Assembly (NCBI GenBank): GCA_023145555.1
Contig: JAGLDO010000008.1
Coordinates: 1-27,941 of the forward strand
From: Bacteroidales bacterium
Lineage (GTDB): Bacteria; Bacteroidota; Bacteroidia; Bacteroidales; B39-G9
Reading direction: 5' to 3'
DNA: 27,941 bases
Notes under the pieces: model-generated
Told to the model about the DNA's origin: nothing
Database searches by the model: none
The model's input: the letters and a program-made list of their open reading frames with translations, nothing else
Made by a program: the position numbers and the translations under genes
In this document: positions 21,021 through 27,941 of the stretch, in pieces
Position numbering within the stretch: the stretch's first letter is position 1
How the letters are laid out: the number at the start of each line of letters is the position of its first letter

Positions 21021-23180
21021 ATGAAAATTTACCAACCAAATGAATTAAAAAATATTGCATTAATAGGTAGTGCAGGCTCTGGTAAAACTACACTTGCAGA
21101 GTGTATGTTGTTTGAAGGAGGAGTAATAAGCAGACGTGGAGATATAGATAACAAAAATACAGTGTCTGATTATAATGAAATTGAGCAAGAACAAGGGCGT
21201 TCAATATTTTCGACTGTTCTTTATACTGAATGGCAAGATAAAAAAATTAATTTTATTGACACACCGGGATTGGATGATTTTATTGGTGGTGTTATTTCTA
21301 CTATTTCAATTGCTGATACAGGGTTAATGCTTTTAAATGCACAACAAGGTGTAGAAGTAGGTACAGAAATAATAAGCAGGCATACAAAAAAATTTAACAC
21401 TCCTTTAATTTTTGCTGTAAATCAATTAGACCATGAAAAAGCAAATTTTGAAAAAACAATTGAAGAAACAAAACAACATTTTGGTAATAAAATTGTACTA
21501 GTACAATATCCTGTTAATACCGGGTTAGAATTTAATGCAGTTGTTGATGTATTAAAAATGAAGATGTATAAATGGGGACCTGATGGAGGCGAACCTAAGA
21601 TAGTAGATATTCCTGCTGACCAAATGGATAAGGCAGAAGAACTGCACAATTTATTAGTTGAAGCTGCAGCTGAGAATGATGATAAATTAATGGAGCTGTT
21701 TTTTGAAGAAGGTTCATTAAATGAGGATCAAATGAGAGAAGGGATTAAAATCGGAATAACTAAAAGAGAATTATTCCCTATTTTCTGTATCTCAGCAAAA
21801 AAAGATATGGGAGTAAGACGATTAATGGAATTTATTCTTAATGTATCTCCATTTGTATCAGATATGCCTGCCATGAAATCGACCAATGACGAAGAGATTA
21901 AATGTGATCCAAATGGTCCAACATCTATATTTGTGTTTAAAACATCTGTTGAACAACATTTAGGTGAGGTTTTATATTTTAAGGTGTTGTCTGGTGTTGT
22001 TGAAGAAGGTATGGATTTAATTAATCAAACAAAAGGTTCGAAAGAAAGATTAACTCAATTATATGCTGTTGCAGGTAAAAATAGAGAAAAAATAAATAAA
22101 TTAGTGGCGGGAGATATTGGTGCAACTGTAAAATTAAAAGACACAAAAACTAACGATACATTAAATTCTAAAAACACAAGTTGGATTTTTCCTGAAATTC
22201 AATTTCCAGATCCAAAATATAGAACAGCTATAAAAGCTTGCAATGAAGCTGATGATGAAAAACTAGGAGAAGCTCTTGGTCGTATTCATGCTATTGACCC
22301 AACAATTCTTATTGAATATTCAAAAGAATTAAAACAAATCATTTTGTCGGGTCAAGGTGAATTTCACATGAATACTTTAAAATGGCAACTTGACAATATT
22401 TATAAAATTGATACAGAATACAAAAACCCTAAGATACCTTATCGCGAAACAATTACAAAAGTAGCGCACGCTGACTATAGACATAAAAAACAATCTGGAG
22501 GATCGGGGCAATTTGGTGAAGTTCATATCATTATAGAACCTTATAAAGAAGGTATGGAAGATCCTACATTTTATAAATTTGGTGAAAAAGAACAAAAAAT
22601 AAGTGTGAGAGGTAAAGATGTTCATGAATTACCATGGGGCGGTAAGTTAGTATTTTATAATTGTATTGTTGGAGGTTCAATTGATGCTCGTTTCTTGCCT
22701 GCAATTCTTAAAGGAATAATGGAAAAGATGGAAGAAGGTCCTTTAACCGGTTCTTATGCAAGAGATATTAGGGTTATGGTTTATGACGGGAAAATGCACC
22801 CTGTTGATTCAAACGAAATTTCATTTAAAATAGCCGGTATGCAAGCATTCCGTACTGCTTTTAAAAACGCATCTCCTAAAATTCTTGAGCCTATCTATTC
22901 TGTAGAAATTTTAGTTCCAAGTGATTATATGGGTGATGTAATGAGCGACTTGCAAGGAAGAAGATCAATTATTGAAGGTATGAGCAGTGAAAGCGGATAT
23001 GAAAAAATTATTACAAAAGTACCTCTTGCTGAGATGAATAAGTATTCAACAGCATTAAGTTCTATTACATCAGGTAAAGCTATGTATTCAATGAAATTTA
23101 GTGAATATGCTGCTGTTCCGGGTGATGTTCAAACAAAACTTCTTGCTGCATACGAAGCTGAACAAGAAGAAGAGAAATAG
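21021..23180 (+). CDS. fusA2: Elongation factor G paralogue (EF-G2 type) with degenerate GTPase motifs
   Basis: Full five-domain EF-G layout (YRETIT, HKKQSGGSGQFGEV, DGKMHPVDS, LEPIY) with G1 GSAGSGKT, switch I EQEQGRSI, switch II DTPGL, G4 NQLD and a domain IV insertion. Confidence 0.93.
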   Translation: MKIYQPNELKNIALIGSAGSGKTTLAECMLFEGGVISRRGDIDNKNTVSDYNEIEQEQGRSIFSTVLYTEWQDKKINFIDTPGLDDFIGGVISTISIADTGLMLLNAQQGVEVGTEIISRHTKKFNTPLIFAVNQLDHEKANFEKTIEETKQHFGNKIVLVQYPVNTGLEFNAVVDVLKMKMYKWGPDGGEPKIVDIPADQMDKAEELHNLLVEAAAENDDKLMELFFEEGSLNEDQMREGIKIGITKRELFPIFCISAKKDMGVRRLMEFILNVSPFVSDMPAMKSTNDEEIKCDPNGPTSIFVFKTSVEQHLGEVLYFKVLSGVVEEGMDLINQTKGSKERLTQLYAVAGKNREKINKLVAGDIGATVKLKDTKTNDTLNSKNTSWIFPEIQFPDPKYRTAIKACNEADDEKLGEALGRIHAIDPTILIEYSKELKQIILSGQGEFHMNTLKWQLDNIYKIDTEYKNPKIPYRETITKVAHADYRHKKQSGGSGQFGEVHIIIEPYKEGMEDPTFYKFGEKEQKISVRGKDVHELPWGGKLVFYNCIVGGSIDARFLPAILKGIMEKMEEGPLTGSYARDIRVMVYDGKMHPVDSNEISFKIAGMQAFRTAFKNASPKILEPIYSVEILVPSDYMGDVMSDLQGRRSIIEGMSSESGYEKIITKVPLAEMNKYSTALSSITSGKAMYSMKFSEYAAVPGDVQTKLLAAYEAEQEEEK

Positions 23181-23257
23181 GAATAGTTGACAGTTATGAT
23201 TTTTAAAATTTATAAAGTTGTTTAAACTTAATAAAAAATTATAGCTTCTTAATATTA

Positions 23258-23293
23258 AAAAAAGCCTCAAAATAAAAATTTTGAGGCTTTTTT
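23258..23293. terminator. Bidirectional intrinsic terminator between convergent fusA2 and rsmI
   Basis: Perfect 16-bp inverted repeat: A6-GCCTCAAAAT-AAAA-ATTTTGAGGC-T6. Confidence 0.92.
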
Positions 23294-23315
23294 ATATAGC
23301 ATTTTAAGTGTAAAT

Positions 23316-24005
23316 TTAACTCTTTATATTTTTTGATTCGGCTCCTTGTAAAACAATGACAATTTCACCTTTAACTTTTTTTTCGTTAAAATAATCAATT
23401 ACTTCAGTTATTGTTCCCCGAACATTTTCCTCATATATTTTACTTATTTCTCGAGAAACGGAAACTTGTCGTTCACAACCAAAAAATTCTGAAAATTGCA
23501 TTAATGTTTTGATTAAACGAAATGGAGATTCGTAAAAAATCATCGTTCGTGTCTCATCTGTTAATTGATTTAATCTTTTTTGTCTTCCTTTTTTTTGAGG
23601 TAAGAAACCTTCGAAACAAAATCTGTCGTTTGGCAAACCAGAATTAACAAGTGCCGGAACAAAAGCAGTTGCACCCGGAAGACATTCTATATCAATATTG
23701 TTTTCGACACAAGTCCTCACAAGTAAAAATCCGGGGTCGGATATTGCAGGTGTACCTGCATCAGATACTAATGCATAAGTAATTCCTGACTGTATTTTTC
23801 CTACAATATTTTTTGCTGTTTTATGTTCGTTAAATTTATGGTGTGAAACCAGTTTATTTTCAATATTAAAATGTTTTAACAAAATGCTTGTTGTACGTGT
23901 ATCTTCAGCCAATATTACATCAACTTGTTTTAGTACTTCAATTGCTCTTATTGTAATATCTCCAAAATTACCTATCGGCGTAGGCACAACATATAGTTTG
24001 CTCAT
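23316..24005 (-). CDS. rsmI: 16S rRNA (cytidine1402-2'-O)-methyltransferase
   Basis: LYVVPTPIGN..DIT.RA, AEDTR, ALVSDAGTPAISDPG, FEGFLP, FYESPFRL, RE(I)SK(I)YEE. Confidence 0.97.
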   Translation of the reverse strand: MSKLYVVPTPIGNFGDITIRAIEVLKQVDVILAEDTRTTSILLKHFNIENKLVSHHKFNEHKTAKNIVGKIQSGITYALVSDAGTPAISDPGFLLVRTCVENNIDIECLPGATAFVPALVNSGLPNDRFCFEGFLPQKKGRQKRLNQLTDETRTMIFYESPFRLIKTLMQFSEFFGCERQVSVSREISKIYEENVRGTITEVIDYFNEKKVKGEIVIVLQGAESKNIKS

Positions 24006-24178
24006 ATTAACTAAAATCTAAAATTTGTTTTTTTTACAATTTATTAAAAAAATTTTGAAATTAATAAAAAATTCTTCCTAAACCCCAAGTTATAATATAT
24101 AATTTCATTCGATTAACAAATAAAACAATGTAATAACACTTTAAATTGTAAACCTGAATATTAAAGTTCACATAAAAT

Positions 24179-24979
24179 TTATAAAAATCTTCGGCTTATT
24201 AATTCTATAAATGAAATATAATGTTTGTTATTTTTATCCCAATCAAAATTTTGATTAAAAAAATCAATGACCATTTCAGTATTGTCAAAAGAATTAACAG
24301 CATCTATTGTTTTTTTATATAACTGACTGTCGCCTTTAAAAAGTATTTGAATAAATTGAATTTTCTCGTTTAAACTAATAATTTTATTTATGTCGGATAC
24401 GGGTTTGTCTTGTAGTTTTGTTGCCAAATCTTTAAATTTTCTGTTTCCTGCTATCTTTTCATTAATTGATTTCTGGTTTGATGCAAAGCTATCAGCAACA
24501 ATATTATTAACTTCCTTTTTTTTATTTGTGGGTTTTTTTTCCTCTTCAAGAATTGTATCATTCTTTATTTCTTCATTTTTTTTCTGCTTTTTTTCAACAA
24601 TATCCTGATTATTTTTATGAGGTTGAAGAGTAAAATCCTCTACATTATCATCGGTTATTTCTTTTGTTCTTTTTACAATAACCTTTTTTGTCTTCTTTAT
24701 ATCTTCTACATTATCTTCTATCTTTAATTTATCTTCAGTATTGATTTCCAACTCATCTGTAATTTTCAAATTTTCTTCAATATTTTTTGATATTTTTTTT
24801 TCAAATGAATCTTTAATATCATTAAACATTAAAACTTTATCGTATAAATTTCGTATTTTTGATAGAGTATTATCAACATCAATTTGATGAATTTCTGAAT
24901 TATTATTGAAACTAGTAACGATATTTTCAATTTCTTTAATATCTTTATTGATATTTTTTATTAATTTTTTTTTGTCCAT
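24179..24979 (-). CDS. Hypothetical protein, 266 aa: helical N-terminus, charged linker, compact C-terminal domain
   Basis: Long open frame with a structured-looking C-terminus (ISLNEKIQFIQILFKGD..LY..TI...FDWD...FIELISRRFL). Function not recognised. Confidence 0.8.
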   Translation of the reverse strand: MDKKKLIKNINKDIKEIENIVTSFNNNSEIHQIDVDNTLSKIRNLYDKVLMFNDIKDSFEKKISKNIEENLKITDELEINTEDKLKIEDNVEDIKKTKKVIVKRTKEITDDNVEDFTLQPHKNNQDIVEKKQKKNEEIKNDTILEEEKKPTNKKKEVNNIVADSFASNQKSINEKIAGNRKFKDLATKLQDKPVSDINKIISLNEKIQFIQILFKGDSQLYKKTIDAVNSFDNTEMVIDFFNQNFDWDKNNKHYISFIELISRRFL

Positions 24980-25042
24980 TTAATTTAAGGATAAAGGGGT
25001 TTATTTTTTTGTAAAAATAATTATATAAATACAAATATTAAA

Positions 25043-25642
25043 ATGTTTCTTGAGAACTCCATAAATAACATACAACGAAAAGGATGGATTGAGGTAGTTG
25101 TAGGCTCAATGTTTTCGGGCAAAACCGAAGAACTTATTCGTAGATTAAAAAGAGCAAAAATATCTAAACAAAGAGTGGAAATTTTTAAACCACAAATTGA
25201 CACCCGATATTCTGAAAACGAAGTTGTATCGCACGATTCTAATGCTATCAGGTCGACACCTGTTTCAAGTCCAATGAATATTTTACTTTTAGTTAATGAT
25301 ATTGATGTCGTTGGAATTGACGAGGCTCAATTTTTTGATATGGGTCTGGTTGAAGTATGTAAAAAACTCGCAGATAATGGCGTAAGAGTAATTGTCGCAG
25401 GTTTAGATATGGACTTTCAGGGAAATCCTTTTGGTCCAATTCCTGCTCTTATGGCTACAGCCGAGTATGTTACTAAAGTTCATGCTATTTGTATGCGTTG
25501 TGGTAATCTGGCACATTTTTCGCATCGTTTATCTGACACTGACAAATTAGTTTTATTAGGCGAAAAAAACGAATATGAACCTCTGTGCAGAAACTGTTAT
25601 AATAAGGCTATAAAAGAACAAAAAACGAAAAAAAATAATTAA
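25043..25642 (+). CDS. tdk: Thymidine kinase (type II)
   Basis: P-loop [33 protein letters not shown], Zn-lasso CMRC...CRNC. Confidence 0.98.
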   Translation: MFLENSINNIQRKGWIEVVVGSMFSGKTEELIRRLKRAKISKQRVEIFKPQIDTRYSENEVVSHDSNAIRSTPVSSPMNILLLVNDIDVVGIDEAQFFDMGLVEVCKKLADNGVRVIVAGLDMDFQGNPFGPIPALMATAEYVTKVHAICMRCGNLAHFSHRLSDTDKLVLLGEKNEYEPLCRNCYNKAIKEQKTKKNN

Positions 25643-25687
25643 TAAATTTTAATAAGTGTGAATTACAAATAATCTCATTATTAAAAC

Positions 25688-27941
25688 ATGAAAAAATACA
25701 TTAAAATTATTCTACTCCTTATTTTTCTTTTAAATAATACTTTCATCTATGGTAATGTCTCAAAAATTGACAGTTTAGAGAAGCAGTTAAAAAAAGTTAA
25801 TGACAAAGAACAATTTGACATCTTTCTTCAATTATCGAAAGAATATAGGAATCGTTCTTTTAAAAAAAGCTTTTATTATGCACAACAAGCATTAAAGAAT
25901 TCACAAAAATTTAACAATAAAAAATACGAAATAATAGCTTATGAAACTTTAGGCTTGGCATTCCAATCCGAAGGGAAATTAGAATCAACAATTGAACAAT
26001 TTCAAAAAGCATTAGCAATTGAAAAACAGCTTGATGACCAATCAGGTATTGCTCATATTTATATTACAATAGGTGATATTTATAAAGACTTTGGAAATTA
26101 TGAGAAAGCAATAAAAAATTATAATACAGCACTTGATATTGGTAAAATAGACACTCAAAAAGTTAATTTATATATTAAACTCTATAAGATTTATCAAGAC
26201 AAAGATATTATAAAATCAAAAGAATGTATATTAAAGCTAGATTCTTTAACTAATCAGATTGATGATAAAGAATATAGGGCAAGATATCATCTTTTTTATG
26301 GGAATTATTACAATATTATAAAAGGAGATTATAAAAAAGCAATTGAAGAATACAAGTTAGCAAAAAATATCTGGCATAAAAAGAAATTAACTTTAAATGA
26401 AGTCTCTGTTTCTAATAATATAGGGACTGCTTATGATAAAATGGGGGACTATGGCAAAGCTATGCAATATTTTATGAACGCTCTTGAAATTTCGGAAAAT
26501 TTATCAGATAGTGTTCAAATTGCACAAGAATATTTAAATGTAGGTCTTATACATTATCGCACAAAAAATTATGAAAAGGCTTCTGAATTTTATAATAAAT
26601 CTTTAAAAATAAGAAAAAAACGCAATGATATAGAAGGAATGGCTCTTATATATAATAACCTTGCTATTCTTTATTATTATAAAGAAGATTTCGATAAGAC
26701 TAAAAAGTATTTTAAAAAATCTTATGATATTTATCTGGAATTAGGAAATATAAGAAAACAGTTAATGGCTCTTGGAAATTTAGGTGAATTAGCTTTTTAT
26801 CTTAATAATAACAATAAAGCATTAAAATACTATAACAAATGTCTTACTATTTATAAAAAATTAAAAGATAAGGAGGGGATTTCATATATTCTGTTGAAAC
26901 TTGGCGAAATCCAACTTAATGAAAAACAGTACGATACGGCAAAAATGTATTTATACAGAGCTTTAGAAATTGCTAAATCAATAAATTCGAAAGAATATAT
27001 AGAATCTATTTATAGTTTATTATATGAATTAAACAAAGAACAAAAACAATATGAAAAAGCATTGTTTTATCATGAAAAATTGTTTTCTATCCATGATTCA
27101 ATATACAATGAAGAATCTCACAAACAAATTGCAGAGATGCAAACAAAATATGAAACTCAAAAAAAACAAACTGAGATTGAATTACTATCAAAAAATAAAG
27201 CTTTACAGGAAGCAGAAATAAAAAAACAAAAATACATAAAAGACGGATTAATTCTGGGTTCAATATTTATTCTCCTATTTGCTTTTTTAACTTACAATCG
27301 TTTTCTTATAAAAAAACGTTCTAACAAATTATTAACTTATCAGAAAAATGAAATTTTAGAAAAAAACGAAGAGCTTAACCAACAAAAGGAAGAAATTCTC
27401 TCACAAAGAGACTTGATTGAAGAAAAAAACAAACACTTAGAAAAAACATCAAATATCATAAAACAAAAAAATAAAAATATTACAGACAGTATAAATTATG
27501 CACAACGAATACAAAATGCATTATTACCCCCAGAACATTACCTTAATAATATATTAAACGATTATTTTGTTTTATTTAAACCAAAAGATATTGTAAGTGG
27601 TGATTTTTACTGGGTTAGACAAAACAATAACAAAATAATTGTAGCAGCAGCAGATTGTACCGGTCATGGAGTACCGGGAGCTTTTATGAGTATTCTTGGC
27701 ACTACTTTCCTTAATGAAATAAATCATCTTAACTCTAATGTTGAGGCAAATGAAATTCTTAACATCTTAAGCCAAAATTTAAAAGAAACATTACACCAAA
27801 CAGATGACAAGCATGAAACTCGTGACGGAATGGATATTGCACTATATATTATTGATACAGAGAAGCAGGTACTACAATTTTCCGGAGCCTACAATCCTTT
27901 ATATTTAATAAGGGACAAAGAATTATGTCAATATAAAGCTG
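25688..27941 (+). CDS. Membrane sensor phosphatase: signal peptide, TPR array, TM helix, coiled coil and SpoIIE/RsbU (PP2C) domain (3' end runs off the window)
   Basis: Hand translation is open from ATG 25688 to the window end. N-terminal MKKYIKIILLLIFLLNNTFIYG; TPR-like units (NNIGTAYDKMGDYGKAMQYF, NNLAILYYYKEDF); TM segment GLILGSIFILLFAFLTY; PP2C motifs SINYAQRIQ, PKDIVSGDFYW, AADCTGHGVPGAFMS, RDGMD. Confidence 0.92.
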   Translation, partial: MKKYIKIILLLIFLLNNTFIYGNVSKIDSLEKQLKKVNDKEQFDIFLQLSKEYRNRSFKKSFYYAQQALKNSQKFNNKKYEIIAYETLGLAFQSEGKLESTIEQFQKALAIEKQLDDQSGIAHIYITIGDIYKDFGNYEKAIKNYNTALDIGKIDTQKVNLYIKLYKIYQDKDIIKSKECILKLDSLTNQIDDKEYRARYHLFYGNYYNIIKGDYKKAIEEYKLAKNIWHKKKLTLNEVSVSNNIGTAYDKMGDYGKAMQYFMNALEISENLSDSVQIAQEYLNVGLIHYRTKNYEKASEFYNKSLKIRKKRNDIEGMALIYNNLAILYYYKEDFDKTKKYFKKSYDIYLELGNIRKQLMALGNLGELAFYLNNNNKALKYYNKCLTIYKKLKDKEGISYILLKLGEIQLNEKQYDTAKMYLYRALEIAKSINSKEYIESIYSLLYELNKEQKQYEKALFYHEKLFSIHDSIYNEESHKQIAEMQTKYETQKKQTEIELLSKNKALQEAEIKKQKYIKDGLILGSIFILLFAFLTYNRFLIKKRSNKLLTYQKNEILEKNEELNQQKEEILSQRDLIEEKNKHLEKTSNIIKQKNKNITDSINYAQRIQNALLPPEHYLNNILNDYFVLFKPKDIVSGDFYWVRQNNNKIIVAAADCTGHGVPGAFMSILGTTFLNEINHLNSNVEANEILNILSQNLKETLHQTDDKHETRDGMDIALYIIDTEKQVLQFSGAYNPLYLIRDKELCQYKA

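Noticed and set aside
2902-25203. Other antisense or overlapping ORFs in the track (2902-3147, 5569-5859, 8127-8348, 12501-12812, 12674-12865, 16541-16852, 18426-18770, 18985-19215, 19442-19690, 21422-21649, 22377-22625, 23088-23270, 24390-24608, 25021-25203)
   Set aside because: All lie opposite well-supported genes, show no recognisable motifs, and have compositions expected from reverse-complement reading.
3362-25645. Tandem stop codons after several genes (thiamine-binding gene, rplQ, rpoA, rpsM, rplO, rpsJ, rpsL, tdk)
   Set aside because: About 8 of ~40 genes is only mildly above what very AT-rich spacers would give, and the phenomenon is already known for highly expressed genes.
1-27941. 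tRNA, rRNA, CRISPR arrays, integrases, defence systems
   Set aside because: No cloverleaf-like GC-rich segment, regularly spaced repeats or recognisable mobile/defence ORFs were found; intergenic space is too small to hide them.

Overview
AT-rich window from a Bacteroidota genome, probably Bacteroidales-like. The assignment rests on Bacteroidota-type r-protein sequences, tuf missing from the str operon, TAnnTTTG promoter elements and no Shine-Dalgarno motifs; genetic code 11 fits. Most of the window (3517-20593, minus strand) is the contiguous str-S10-spc-alpha ribosomal superoperon, rpsL through rplQ, including rpmD and rpmJ, which the ORF track missed. The left flank has a partial FeoA-FeoB fusion, a 249-aa hypothetical protein and a thiamine-binding (MTH1187/YkoF-family) gene. 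The right flank has a second, non-canonical EF-G (EF-G2 type) head-to-head with rpsL, then rsmI, a hypothetical protein, thymidine kinase and a partial TPR/PP2C(SpoIIE) membrane sensor phosphatase. No rRNA, tRNA, CRISPR array or intact mobile element is visible. The two best leads are (i) the 249-aa protein, whose C-terminal ~100 aa align by eye with the IS200/IS605 Y1 (HUH) transposase fold but lack the catalytic residues, and (ii) an EF-G paralogue lacking the catalytic His that shares a divergent promoter region with the str operon. All motif and alignment claims were made by eye and need computational confirmation.
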